A DNA stretch of 64,000 nt from Nitrososphaerales archaeon (lineage in GTDB: Archaea > Thermoproteota > Nitrososphaeria > Nitrososphaerales > UBA213), in the NCBI GenBank assembly GCA_965197925.1, contig CBDAOC010000016.1, positions 1 through 64,000 on the forward strand, read 5' to 3'. Below, piece by piece: positions 25,263 through 36,905 of the stretch. Position numbers and translations under genes: made by a program. Position 1 is the stretch's first letter. Each line of letters opens with the position of its first letter. The notes under the pieces were generated by a model. It saw nothing but the letters and a program-made list of their open reading frames with translations. It was not told where the DNA came from and searched no databases.

Positions 25263-25339
25263 GCCGCCATCGTCTAGTGGCCTAGGACACTACCCTCTCA
25301 AGGTAGAGACCGTGGGTTCGAATCCCACTGGCGGTACCA
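25263..25339 (+). tRNA. tRNA-Glu(CUC)
   Basis: CTACC-CTCTCAA-GGTAG; GTTCGAATC; CCA. Confidence 0.93.
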
Positions 25340-25696
25340 ACACTATGTTGAATTATTTTCAAAATCATTCTATGTACGAAAACATAGAACAAATAAAAAT
25401 AGATTACATAAACAGACAATATGAAATAGAGTATAGCCACCCATATATTCCAAGCATGAATTTACACATAAAAATATGGACAATTTATACCCATTATGGA
25501 ATAAAAACAATATTTAAAATGAGTAGTGCCTTTTGAATTACAAAAACATAGATGTAATAAACTGTTCAAAAAAGCATGGATTCATAGAAATATATTACAA
25601 ACCACATCGTGGGCATTACCGAGTATTTGTACAACTGACAACAGTCAAATCACCAAAATTCTCGCACTGGCTCGCAGTACGAACAATCAGATACTA

Positions 25697-25772
25697 AGGG
25701 ACGTAGTGTAGCGGTTAACACGTTTGGCTTTGAACCAAACAACAGCGGGTTCGAATCCCCTCGTCCCTTCCA
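25697..25772 (+). tRNA. tRNA-Gln(UUG)
   Basis: TTTGG-CTTTGAA-CCAAA; CCA; bulged base in T-stem. Confidence 0.88.
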
Positions 25773-25780
25773 TCCTTAAC

Positions 25781-28380
25781 ATGAAAGTATTTAAACACAC
25801 TAACAGCACCGACTTCTACATTGTATATCCAACAAACTTAGTGTCAGCTATATGGACAAATAGCATATATACTCAACAACGGAGACTATATGTAGCCACA
25901 GGATCATATAATCAGAGTTGCGAAGAAACGCTAGCACAACTTAGGTATGATTCCCATATAGAAGAGATAGAAGACTTAAATCATCTATATACACTGCTCG
26001 AACACCAAACATGAAAATATTTGTAAACAGCCCACTAGATGCTTTTTATATTGTGTACCCACCAAATTTAATATCCGTACTATGCAAAGCTTACATTACA
26101 GCACCACAGTGGCTACTATACACAAACATAATTAGTACAAACAGACCATACACACAAGTTCTTAGAGAACTAGAAAACAGTGAAATTTTTCAAGAAATAG
26201 ATGATGAGTATCATCTACATGTAATACTAGAACAACAAAGCTCCGTAGTGTAGCGGTTAACACATTTGGCTCTGACCCAAATAACGTAGGGTTCAAATCC
26301 CACCGGAGCTTCCATCCTTAACAATATGTACCAAAAATATATAAAGCTACCGCACAGCCCACAAGAATGGCGAATAAATCGCTTAGATACAATGTTAACT
26401 AGTCCTACACTGGCTAGACTTAACAACCATATGTGTATGGCACAGCACCTACACAACCAAATAGATAACCTGTACTCAGCATTCATGCATATAATAAGTA
26501 TGCATAAAATTTATTCAAAAAATGTAGGGCACTCAAATCATACAAGTACCCGAACGAGATGATATAGAACAAGAACAACATGGAACAACCAGTAGTACTC
26601 CACTTACCTAATCATGCTAATCATAATCGAGTATGCTTCGTATACAAAACCATATATGTAAGATTTCATACTGAAACAAAAATAAAAGAAACGTTTTTCT
26701 CGACGTACAAAATACAAAATCTATACCCAATTAACACCCCAAAACAGTTAATAAATGCACTAACAAGCTTTGGATATGAAATACTAAAAGAACCCACATG
26801 GTACAGAAACCAATAATTCTAGCTTTTATAAAAGAAGGTAAAGAGAACATAGCTTTTATATACGAACACGTATACGTACTACTAAAATATGACCCTAATA
26901 AAAATAAATTAGGTTTCCAGATAAATAAAATGCAAACCATACTGCAAAACCCAGCAACACAAGAAACAGTAGTAAACCTAGCCAAAACTTTTGGATACAC
27001 ACTACTAGAAAATTTTTAACATGTACAATAAAATACTTAAAATTTTTAGAGGCCCCAATCCGAAAAACGACGATATTGTACTGATCTACAAAAATTTTTT
27101 CACAATACTTCACCTAAACACTGATAAATCATTCACAAGCTTATTCTATTCCATTCGTAGAATACAATATCAAAATATGTACAAAACCCTATCACAAGTT
27201 ACAAAAACATTACACGACTACCAGTACAACGATATCACTGAGCTCATGAAAGAAGAATTCTCTAATGGTACCCATTTTATACAATAAAATACGTAAAATA
27301 TTGTACTATGAAGATTCTACAATTATAGCAATAATATACACAAACCTATATACAGTAGTAGCAGATAACACACATCACACATACTATAGAATACAAACAA
27401 TACATAATAATCTAACCGTAGTAAAAAACTTGTTAGATCTTGGATTCAAGGAATTAAATACTAATGTATATTAAAATACCAAAAGTATTCGTTTTCGGTA
27501 ACATAGCACAACCAACCATCGTAACAATAGTATACCCAAAAATATACGTCGTCGTAATAAATGAAAATAACCACATATACCATACAGTGCATAGAATAGG
27601 CCGTAACTTAGGCTGCCGACGACCTAAAACAATAATAAACCGACTAAAGAGTCTTGGATACAAGGAATTAGAAAATAGTGTACAGTGAAATACTAAAAGT
27701 ACTCACACACAACACCCTTAAAGACGTAACAATAATATATCCAGAACTAATGATCACAGTCTTTGTTTACCCTAATGATAATAAATTACATGTAATGCAG
27801 CGTCGACACAGACTACATTACAATAAACACCATCAAAGATTTAGATCACTAATAGATAAACTGCAGATAGTTGGCTACAAGGAGTACACCGATGCGCCTG
27901 AACTTGACGGCTAAGTACCGGTCTGCAAAACCGCATAAATGGGTTCGACTCCCATAGGCGCATCCAACCATATGTTATTAGTATTTAAAAGAGAAATAAC
28001 ACAAACATATTTATTCTACTTTACAGAAACAGAAACAATGGTTAGCATATCAAAACCTAAATCTAGATATCAACGACCTAGCCATAAACACTTACTAATA
28101 AAAGTAAATGAAAGAGATCTAAGAAGATACTTCAACGTATACCCAGATTTTAAACTAATTTACTCGGAGAACAATACACATGAAACTTGAGGTTTATAAA
28201 GGACATATAGATAATAGATACATATTCTACTACCCACAAACATGCCTAGAAGTAATAATCACCAATTTACACAAGCGCGATTACATACACTTTGGCTACT
28301 TACCTAGGTATCACTTAGACACTTATTTTAATCAATACACACACTTTGAAACCATACACCTAATCCAAACTTCTCCATAA
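25781..28380 (+). CDS. Tandem array of about 10 related 65-90 aa proteins interspersed with tRNAs
   Basis: Recurrent K(I/V)F...(I/V)(V/I)Y(P/K) N-terminal strands and a C-terminal L..(L/F)G(Y/F).E helix in ORFs at 25781, 26011, 26580, 26798, 27021, 27265, 27464, 27678, 27972, 28180. Confidence 0.65.
26239..26314 (+). tRNA. tRNA-Gln(CUG)
   Basis: TTTGG-CTCTGAC-CCAAA; CCA; bulged base in T-stem. Confidence 0.88.
27893..27966 (+). tRNA. tRNA-Cys(GCA)
   Basis: CGGT-CTGCAAA-ACCG; U73; CCA. Confidence 0.85.
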
Positions 28381-28758
28381 TATAACAATGCAACTTAAAT
28401 ACATAGACAAAGAAGACGACTGGGAAGATGTAGAAACTCACTACTACAAAAATAAAAGACCATTTTTACATCATAAAGAATACGACAAATATGAAGCTAG
28501 AATAGTCAAAAAACATAATAAAAACAACAAACGTGCTCTTTGTCTAGCATGCAGACGCGCAGATAAAAAATACGAAAGCAAACGTGCATGGCAACGCGAC
28601 AACTTTTTCAATAAAAAAGCCGGTGGCACATATAAAAAGATACAAAAACTTAAACAGCGACGAACAGTTAGACAATACTTATATTTCCAAAACAGAACCA
28701 GCAATCAATTCAGTCAAAAAGTATTTCTAAACCAAGAACAACGGAGGCAACCGATAAT

Positions 28759-29931
28759 ATGTACACTGGACCAGGAATGGTATCCAATGACGACATTTAC
28801 GATATTATAAAAAATATAGCCTATAACACCATACTGGAAAAGTACCGCAAAGCCGATTTTACTTTTCTTATTATGAATGACAACTTTTTCAGTATGCCAA
28901 TGGCGTACAAACGACCAACCACCTTTGCCATATCCAAACATCCTTACACAAAAGAACTACTCACTGACAACGCTCCCGTAACATTCGAACAAGCCACCGC
29001 TTTAATGAAAAGACACTGGGATCATCTATTCTTCACCTTAAGCGAAGAAGTACAAGACTTTGTTGTACAGTACGCACTAGATTTAAGTTTTCCGCCACAA
29101 AACCGACCAAAAGACTTCACAGTAAGTCAACAATACATTTACTCTTTAAAAGATCGTATACAGAAAAACAATGATCTGAATAAACAGTTTATAAGAACCG
29201 TTAAAGGTCTACGCGCCAGCATCACTCACGAAGGATACAGTCGTAAAAAAGTAGTTAATGTATTCGCAGGTAAGTATATTAACTGGCTTGGTAGAGAGGA
29301 CTCGCAATACCTATATGCCAAAATCGGAAAACACGTAACCGCTGAAACCTATAATCTCTTACAACGTGACAGAGCAGCATATAAAAAGTATATGGAAGAC
29401 CCACGTACAAAGAACTGGACAATTGCCGTTTCTGTTGCAATAGGTAAAACTGGATATGTAAGTCATGCAAGACTTGATAGCCCCGGTGACTTCACTTCCA
29501 AATACAAAGATCATAAAACCACCGTATCAAGATTAATTGAGTATGCTAAACATCACTGGCTCTCACTTTGCCCATACCTAGAAGATAAAGTATTTCAAAA
29601 TCTTAGCCCTCGGCTAATCAAAGATACTTATCACAAATATCCACAACAACTACACCGTTTGGTAGCACTAATCGCTGAAACTGATATAGACATACCAACT
29701 TACACTATGTGCAAAATGCTAATCTATAAAGAACGCCACATGCACATGTCAACAATCGCCACAGCATCTGCATTGAGTCATGCTGCAACTAATGATTACT
29801 GTACTACACAACAAGATGCATGGAATCAGTTCAAATATTACTTGTACAGTAGAACCGACCAACACTACAACGTAGACATAAACCACTATGAATATGTCCC
29901 AATTGTGCATTTAGACCAAATTATCAACTAA
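28759..29931 (+). CDS. Hypothetical protein (possibly related to the N-terminal parts of the PcfJ-like proteins)
   Basis: 390-aa ORF directly upstream of 29945; start uncertain. Confidence 0.6.
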   Translation: MYTGPGMVSNDDIYDIIKNIAYNTILEKYRKADFTFLIMNDNFFSMPMAYKRPTTFAISKHPYTKELLTDNAPVTFEQATALMKRHWDHLFFTLSEEVQDFVVQYALDLSFPPQNRPKDFTVSQQYIYSLKDRIQKNNDLNKQFIRTVKGLRASITHEGYSRKKVVNVFAGKYINWLGREDSQYLYAKIGKHVTAETYNLLQRDRAAYKKYMEDPRTKNWTIAVSVAIGKTGYVSHARLDSPGDFTSKYKDHKTTVSRLIEYAKHHWLSLCPYLEDKVFQNLSPRLIKDTYHKYPQQLHRLVALIAETDIDIPTYTMCKMLIYKERHMHMSTIATASALSHAATNDYCTTQQDAWNQFKYYLYSRTDQHYNVDINHYEYVPIVHLDQIIN

Positions 29932-29944
29932 GGAGACCTACTAC

Positions 29945-31537
29945 ATGCCAACCACGCCCTATCAAACTGATCAAGAACGGCGTCAACTTATCGGGCAAAC
30001 GTTATCCGAACCCTTTGCTAAGCGTGAAATCATTGACCAACTGAACGCCCTTTCCAGCAATCTTTACGACCCCGACAAATCCCCTGTTGAAGAGCGAATC
30101 AACAAGATCTTTATCCCTACGAAATTAGACTACATTGATGATGCGACCAACAACATGCTCATCACTCAAACGCGCAGTCCCCTGTACGAAGAAATCACTT
30201 CCATTATTTCTAATGTACTGCATGACGACAGAAGTCATACTCAACCACAACTACTAGACAAGCGTCTCAAGCCATTTGTACTCAACAGCCTATTCTCCAA
30301 CCGATGGGATGCTACCAACATGCCACAGGAAATCCTGCAAGTCATGCTACCCTTCCAAGATAACAATTTAGTAAAGAATGTACTATCACATAAATTGAGA
30401 AGCTTACACCCAGATGTTGCTGCACTAACCGCTAAGATCTGTGCAACAGAAGTCATACGCTACAACATCTACAAGTTCGTAGAAACCTACTACGATCAAA
30501 TCAAATATCTAGCTGACACCAACCCAGCAGTAATCACTTTGTATATTTACACGCAAGACATTAGTAACCCATTGGAGCACGAAGGTGAAATAGTTAAGCT
30601 AATCAGGGATCATCTCGAAAAGCGACACCCTGATTACCCTCTGTCTACCTACTGGAAAGCTTTCAGCAAGCGTTCTCATCTTAGCATATATGACCACATC
30701 ACTGCCTGTGCACAGCAGAACATGCAGTACGATGAACATATGCTCTGCACGGAACTATTGATAGCCACCACCATAACCAAGACACATCTCAAGCCCACAA
30801 CTAGCACTTGGCTTGACAGCATGAACGACAATAGATTCAACAACCTGACTCAACGCAAGCCTATTCTAATGTTGTTGCTTAAAGAGAGTGAAAAACATGA
30901 CGCAAATGACGAATGGTTCCAAGGTGTAGCGCGACAAATTAACGACATATCTGACTACGCACGTGATATGAACCCTGATGCCAAAGTAACCAGCACCAGC
31001 TGGAACGGGTTACTCGCTAGGTCTGATGAATGGCATAGGGATCAGAGAGCCAACTACAACATCCGCCAACACGACCGCTATACACTCAAGTGTTGGAACA
31101 GCCTCATTGAAGAACCTATGACCTTTGAAAATGAAAACCTCGTAGTTATTCCTCTCGTCAACTCTATGCAATTGTACACTGAAAGCGACGAAGTACAACA
31201 CTGCGTACGAATGTACTCAGAATCCTGCATAACCGGACGATCTCGTATCTTCAAGATTCGCCCTATCAAAGGTGAAGGTGAACGTGAAAAGATAGGAACG
31301 ATGGAAATTGACCTAGGCAACAACGGATGGGTTGTACGACAAGTACGAGGAATTAGAAATCACTCAATGAACCCTATCGTTGATAGAATCGCTGCAGAAG
31401 TTGCCAAGCAATACACGACTGAGTGGACCAAACTTGGCACTAAGAAAGGAGAACGCCACACTTCTTGGACAGAGAAACGCACCGATAACCAAGCAGAACA
31501 AGACGAACAGATACAACAAAACAGAGATGAAATTTAA
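29945..31537 (+). CDS. PcfJ-like domain protein
   Basis: C-terminal L..ES..VQHCV..Y...C..G.SRIF and QVRG..N motifs. Confidence 0.75.
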   Translation: MPTTPYQTDQERRQLIGQTLSEPFAKREIIDQLNALSSNLYDPDKSPVEERINKIFIPTKLDYIDDATNNMLITQTRSPLYEEITSIISNVLHDDRSHTQPQLLDKRLKPFVLNSLFSNRWDATNMPQEILQVMLPFQDNNLVKNVLSHKLRSLHPDVAALTAKICATEVIRYNIYKFVETYYDQIKYLADTNPAVITLYIYTQDISNPLEHEGEIVKLIRDHLEKRHPDYPLSTYWKAFSKRSHLSIYDHITACAQQNMQYDEHMLCTELLIATTITKTHLKPTTSTWLDSMNDNRFNNLTQRKPILMLLLKESEKHDANDEWFQGVARQINDISDYARDMNPDAKVTSTSWNGLLARSDEWHRDQRANYNIRQHDRYTLKCWNSLIEEPMTFENENLVVIPLVNSMQLYTESDEVQHCVRMYSESCITGRSRIFKIRPIKGEGEREKIGTMEIDLGNNGWVVRQVRGIRNHSMNPIVDRIAAEVAKQYTTEWTKLGTKKGERHTSWTEKRTDNQAEQDEQIQQNRDEI

Positions 31538-31914
31538 TGACCCCAGATACACAATTCTCACAGTATTTTCTCAAGTACGAGCATTGGACTAGCTTATTGC
31601 CTGATCCTATAGAACTTCCAGAGTATGAACTACTCGCAACACCACTTACTACTCCCCAAGCGTTATTAGACGAAACCAATGATATGAAGCATAACGTAGT
31701 AATGTACTCAAAGAAATGCTCGACAGGACACTATAGAGTCTTCCATCTTCAACCTACTAACGGAAATAACGATGGAAGAGCAACTATGGTATTACGATTG
31801 AAAACCGACAAATGGGTACTAAATAGCGTTCATGGACGACACAATACATGCCCGCCACCAGAAATGTTGAAAGCAGCTGAAATCGTTACTACTATGTACA
31901 ATAATGAGGTTTAA
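31537..31914 (+). CDS. Stand-alone PcfJ-like domain (HC changed to HN)
   Basis: LLDETNDMKHNVVMYSKKCSTGHYRVF...SVHGRHN. Confidence 0.65.
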   Translation: MTPDTQFSQYFLKYEHWTSLLPDPIELPEYELLATPLTTPQALLDETNDMKHNVVMYSKKCSTGHYRVFHLQPTNGNNDGRATMVLRLKTDKWVLNSVHGRHNTCPPPEMLKAAEIVTTMYNNEV

Positions 31915-32312
31915 TGACCGTAGAACCCTCACAACCAAACTCTTATAAATACTGTAGACAACACAAAGAGTATAGACATAAGAATGAATTTCGATTCTTT
32001 TGGAGTAAACGATGTATAACATGTACGCAGTCAAAATTCTGTACCACTTGTGAAACCTACAAACCTAAACAAATGGTACCATACAAAACATGCCACACAT
32101 GTTACAACAGTAAAGTATGTGCACTTTGTAACGAACGTAAAATAAAAGCTAGTTTTGCAGTAATCGCTCCCGCTACTCTATTCCAAAATGGAATATTGTA
32201 TGAACCATCCAAATGCTCTGCAAATAATATAGAGTACCGATACTGCTATGAATGTAGAACTAACATAGACAACACAACTAAAAATCAACCTATTGAGGAG
32301 ACCACCACCTAA
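31914..32312 (+). CDS. Cys-rich zinc-finger protein
   Basis: Multiple CxxC pairs. Confidence 0.6.
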   Translation: MTVEPSQPNSYKYCRQHKEYRHKNEFRFFWSKRCITCTQSKFCTTCETYKPKQMVPYKTCHTCYNSKVCALCNERKIKASFAVIAPATLFQNGILYEPSKCSANNIEYRYCYECRTNIDNTTKNQPIEETTT

Positions 32313-32788
32313 TGATTCCAGCTCTCATGCCTATTGGCATTATTGAAACCCATGAACAAGAAGGAAGCTACACTTTTCTACGCTTGCCCGTAGATCACGA
32401 TAAGCTCGATCTCGATAGCGAAGTTGTTGTATGGAACATGCAAAACGATACCCTCGCTAAGTGTCGCGGCGTAGTAACTGAACTGACTGGTGACGTTGGT
32501 TCTGTAAAAATCACTGAACAGAACATCGGTAGCACCTGGCCCGAAGGCGTAGATCCCTTCGGTTATGCAAACCCTGTATATATTGCAGGCAAACCTGAAG
32601 ACTACGAAGAAGATGTTTACCAGCCCTTGCAGACCGTTGAAATGATGGTTCCCGACAAGGCTCGAATGGAGTTGCTCACCAATCTCAGTGCAGAGCACAA
32701 GGACACCGCAAACATAGATCCTGCCTACGCAGCTATCATGCCGAAAGGGGCTCTGCTTGAGGAAGGGTTCTTCGAAGAGGAGCACTAG
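32312..32788 (+). CDS. Hypothetical protein
   Basis: 158-aa ORF with GAGGAG RBS. Confidence 0.7.
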   Translation: MIPALMPIGIIETHEQEGSYTFLRLPVDHDKLDLDSEVVVWNMQNDTLAKCRGVVTELTGDVGSVKITEQNIGSTWPEGVDPFGYANPVYIAGKPEDYEEDVYQPLQTVEMMVPDKARMELLTNLSAEHKDTANIDPAYAAIMPKGALLEEGFFEEEH

Positions 32789-33207
32789 TAAACAGGTGTG
32801 CAGGTCTACTTAGGAGTACATCTGTTCTAGGGGTTCCTTATAAAGCGGAGTAGCTGCGGATATTTGATCTATGCTACTCCGTTACTACTTCATCTCCACT
32901 CACCACCCCCAACGAGTACACTATGGACGAGCAAGAATACACCCACAAGCATGATCACAAACACAACAATGATGTAAATGTAGATCATGCACATCATCAT
33001 AGTCACAACTACACGCCGGAAGCAGCGGACGTTGTATACACGAATAACCACACTCGAAACCCTGAATCAGAAGTAAAAGCTTCAAAAAATCACGGACATA
33101 GACACTAACTAGCCCACCCAAATCACCTACATCAACAAATAGGGCTTAAATCACGCACTCAACAACAATTTACTAGTACTACTACAATCTAAGGAGAACA
33201 AACAACA

Positions 33208-33843
33208 ATGGAAAAGATCTTTATCACCGGCAACCTCGGCAACGACGCTACGATTGATACGTACGGTCAAGACACCGTAATCCGCTTCCGTGTAGCTTGC
33301 AACCGCCGTTATATGAACCGCGCTGGCGAACAGACCAACGAAACCACCTGGTACTCCTGCTCCTATTGGAATGTGCGCCCAGAATTGGCCGGAATCCTTC
33401 TCTCGGGCCGCCGCATCATGGTAGAAGGCACCCCTAGCACCCGTGCATATCAGAACAAGCAAGACATGCAGTGGTATGTCTCGAATGATGTGCGCGTCAT
33501 TTACCATGAAATGCAGGATGGACACCCCAGCAACCGCCAAGGCGCAGCACTCAACATCCCACAGGATGCTGTCGTACACCAAGCCACCACCGTCGCCCCA
33601 TCTGAATACCACATGACTCAGCAACAGCAAACCGCTGGCGTCACTGCTCCCGCAACCATTCAGATGCCTGATCGCGTAACTGAGCCTGCCACTGTTGCCG
33701 CAGCTCCTACTCCCGTACAGGAGCCCATGTTCCCCAATGCAGCCCCTCAGCTCCCTGAAACCCCGCTGAACGCATCCAGCCCTGAAACCCAAGGAATCGC
33801 CATGGAAGAAGTCAAGGTGATCGTCACCGATCTGCCTTACTAA
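33208..33843 (+). CDS. ssb: Single-stranded DNA-binding protein
   Basis: ITGNLGND, FRVACNRRY, ETTWYSCS.W and VEG motifs; long P/Q/A-rich linker ending DLPY. Confidence 0.9.
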   Translation: MEKIFITGNLGNDATIDTYGQDTVIRFRVACNRRYMNRAGEQTNETTWYSCSYWNVRPELAGILLSGRRIMVEGTPSTRAYQNKQDMQWYVSNDVRVIYHEMQDGHPSNRQGAALNIPQDAVVHQATTVAPSEYHMTQQQQTAGVTAPATIQMPDRVTEPATVAAAPTPVQEPMFPNAAPQLPETPLNASSPETQGIAMEEVKVIVTDLPY

Positions 33844-33849
33844 TCCACA

Positions 33850-33892
33850 AAACCCTAGTCTCTGTATATTAGAGACTAGGGTTAATTTATTT
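33850..33892 (+). terminator. Intrinsic terminator after ssb
   Basis: AACCCTAGTCTCT/AGAGACTAGGGTT plus AATTTATTT. Confidence 0.8.
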
Positions 33893-34498
33893 ATAAGGAA
33901 AATATGACTCTACTAAATAACGAAAATGAAGACAACCTAAATAAAGCCGAAATAAATTGGGATAATCTCCTAAACGACATTCAGCAAGAATTAGGCCCTT
34001 CCGAAATTACCAATAATATAAACCCGAATCAATTAGAAAATATACCAGCACACACTGAAAAAACCCAAGAAGGTACTTGCATCTATTGCCTAAAATGTAC
34101 CGATGTAAAACTATGGTACCCACAATTCCCCATAGATAGCTATCATATCCCAATTGTACATTGGATCCGTGTAATGATAGCACCCAGAATGCAGCATTAT
34201 CGCAGATGCTTTATATGTATCATGCTTTACGTCATGCACAACCCAATGGAATTCAACCTTGTAGATCAAATATTAGCAGAAAAGCTACTACACGCAGTAC
34301 CCGATATGCTAAATAACATGCCACATTTATGCATACACGAAAATATCGCTGAACCTGCTCCTGAAACCCCCGCTTTGGCCGAAGGTCAGATACAAGAAAC
34401 TGAAGAACCTTCTACCAACGAAGAGACTCCTCGAACACCCAAAGATATTCGGCAAATCATAGCTGATTTCAACGATAACAAAGAAAAAGAGAATAATG

Positions 34499-34537
34499 GG
34501 TAACGCGTTATTCCCTTACACACGAGGACATTAAAAT
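34499..34537 (+). promoter_or_regulatory. Bipartite motif copy 1: GGTAACGCGTTATTCC-N17-TAAAAT
   Basis: Identical 16-mer at three sites with constant spacing to TAAAA(T/C). Confidence 0.7.
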
Positions 34538-35551
34538 GGCCGATACAAAAGAACTTGAAAATTCCGCATACGACAACTCAGTATTATCGCCAGCCGAGGG
34601 AATCAAGCGTCTAATAACTAAACTTATAACCGCGCTTAAAGAACAGAGCATAGAAGAGGCAAATGATATAGATCAAATATTATATTGTTTCCGACAACAT
34701 ATGAACACTAAACAACTGCATGCAATAAATGATGTAGCTGTAAAAATGAACAAAGCACTGAAAGACAGCGTTGAACAACTAGAAGAAGCAAACACTACTA
34801 TCAACTAGTACAGAAATAAGCCCTGCTCTCACAAGAACAGGGCTAACACCATGCACAGAAACGTACAAATAGCGAAATTAACAGAACACTTAAAAATACG
34901 TCTAGCAGAAGATAGACACGTATTTAAATCTGTTTTTCACCGAGTAGCACATACCCCTAGAACATTACTAAGATTACAAGATTATATCTATATAATCAAC
35001 AAATACCCATGTAAAAAAGTATCTATAAACCAAGATACAGTACATATGCGTTTCTCTACACCGAAACGCTCATTTTGCACAATACGCATACGAATGACAA
35101 AAACTAGATACCTAGAATATGGAGACTTCTCCACCGTCACATATGAAAAAGATTATCACACGTATAGATACACACATAGCTCTTCTACACTAATAAGAAT
35201 TTTAAACGTGGACTGGACAGAAATATTCCGCCATGCTAAAAAACATAAAGCCCACTATATGGAGCAGTATCTACATAGTATAGAATGCCTCTACTAACAC
35301 CACCCGACGAACTACAAGAAAACAACATAGATATACACCGACGATATATCACACTTAAAGACATACACGCAAAATCCCACGTAAATCTACAACATGCTAA
35401 TTTACTACTAACAAGAAAAGATGGAATATTACACCCATTAATAGCTTATCTTCTTCAAATGGGTAGATTAAACGGATGGTTCACTTACACATACTCAATA
35501 CCTATAACAAGATCCCATCCTATAAATGTACAAGCCTTAAGAGTCCTATAA

Positions 35552-35590
35552 GGTAACGCGTTATTCCTTAGCCCTAAGAACATTTAAAAC
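35552..35590 (+). promoter_or_regulatory. Bipartite motif copy 2: GGTAACGCGTTATTCC-N17-TAAAAC
   Basis: As copy 1; precedes a structured non-coding block and a Y-like RNA cluster. Confidence 0.7.
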
Positions 35591-35862
35591 AGCCGTTCCA
35601 GATAACTGAGAGACTAACTAGGGTCTAAAAGAAAGGAGAACGGTGTGGGCTGAGTAAAGTCTAAGAGGGCTAAGTACTAAGAACAGGATTCCTTCCAAAA
35701 AGGTAAAGCTGTGGAATAGTGACTTCCGATTTACTCAGCACAGTGAATCCAGATACCTAGCATCTACGATCATTGGATACATGATCTATGCTTATTACAG
35801 AACCAAACAGTGAGTGATATTTTACATTGAGTGTAAAATACGTATACCCATTCACTAGTATA

Positions 35863-35927
35863 TACGGAGCGAAGAATTTTGGGTTATTTTCTATACAATA
35901 CCTCCCATAATCACCAACTACTCCGTA
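35863..35927 (+). ncRNA. Y-RNA-like element 1 (minimal)
   Basis: TACGGAG-CGAAGA..TGGGTTATT...CCCA..TCACCAACTA-CTCCGTA. Confidence 0.7.
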
Positions 35928-35943
35928 GATTTACTCCTACTAT

Positions 35944-36069
35944 TGTGGGTCGAATGATAATTAGTTACTTAAAAATGCTGCCACCATTACTCTCTCCCCA
36001 AAAAGAATAATACTTTTTATCAAATAAGAAGTATTAGAGACCAACCTAATTACCACTTACTTACCTACA
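35944..36069 (+). ncRNA. Y-RNA-like element 2
   Basis: TGTGGGT-CGAATGATAATTAGTTACTT...CTAATTACCACTTACTT-ACCTACA with an internal hairpin. Confidence 0.7.
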
Positions 36070-36246
36070 ATAAAATGAATAATCCACTAATAGAAACACT
36101 CATGTACTTCCAAGACTTAATGTATAATCGCAACTACGAATTCTATGCAACAAATGGGTATTATGTGAGACTTCATATAAATGCAAACCCTACTCTAAAA
36201 AGAGAGGCGGCTAAAACATGGGTTGATATCAACGTAGAAAACAACA

Positions 36247-36323
36247 GAAGACGAGTCGAACGAGTATAGGTTATTATTACCATTTCAAATAAACACCCCT
36301 ATCTCATCAATTTATTCGTCTTC
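36247..36323 (+). ncRNA. Y-RNA-like element 3 (minimal)
   Basis: GAAGACGAGT-CGAACGAG.ATAGGTTATT...CCTATCTC..ATTT-ATTCGTCTTC. Confidence 0.7.
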
Positions 36324-36349
36324 ATATACTAACATACTATTAAAAAGCT

Positions 36350-36424
36350 GCAGAGCCGAATGAAATGGGTTATTCTTACCATTTATAAGAGCCAACTCTA
36401 CCCCATCTCAAACACTTGTTCTGC
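36350..36424 (+). ncRNA. Y-RNA-like element 4 (minimal)
   Basis: GCAGAGC-CGAATGAAATGGGTTATT...CCCATCTCA..ACTT-GTTCTGC. Confidence 0.7.
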
Positions 36425-36905
36425 CATCTAAGTATCACATTATACTCTGCGACACTAGCAGCCAAGCTAAGATAATGTCCACACGACATTGAGCACCGTT
36501 GAGCTAATGGTATTCATATAATCGCTTCGTCGCAGAACATAACGTGACACACATACACTTTGCATAAAACCCTACTAAAAATTCATCGTGAAAGAAACAT
36601 AGATCAAATAAAACACGAAATACAACGACTAATAAATCTTCAACATGCACTTCACCTGCACAACATCATACCACCATTAAAACGTAGACAAGATCGTATA
36701 ATGTCAAATATAGATTGATAACTCTTACAGATTATCACCACTTACTATGGGAATTTAGTAGAATAACATACAGCACACACTATGCTATTATTAGACACCC
36801 AATAAGTTGGTATCTACTAGATCTACATATTTTAATAGCAAAAGAACATAGAAAAATACACTGCAATATTTACCGATAATATGCAACAACAACAATAAAG
36901 GAGAC

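Noticed and set aside
14740..28380. Diversity-generating retroelement behind the variable mini-protein arrays
   Set aside because: No reverse transcriptase was found, and no template/variable repeat pair differing only at adenines was seen.
35863..36424. CRISPR array interpretation of the repeated GTCGAA..GGTTATT elements
   Set aside because: The repeats are degenerate, irregularly spaced and internally base-paired end to end. The Cas4-like gene is a solo phage exonuclease with no other cas genes.
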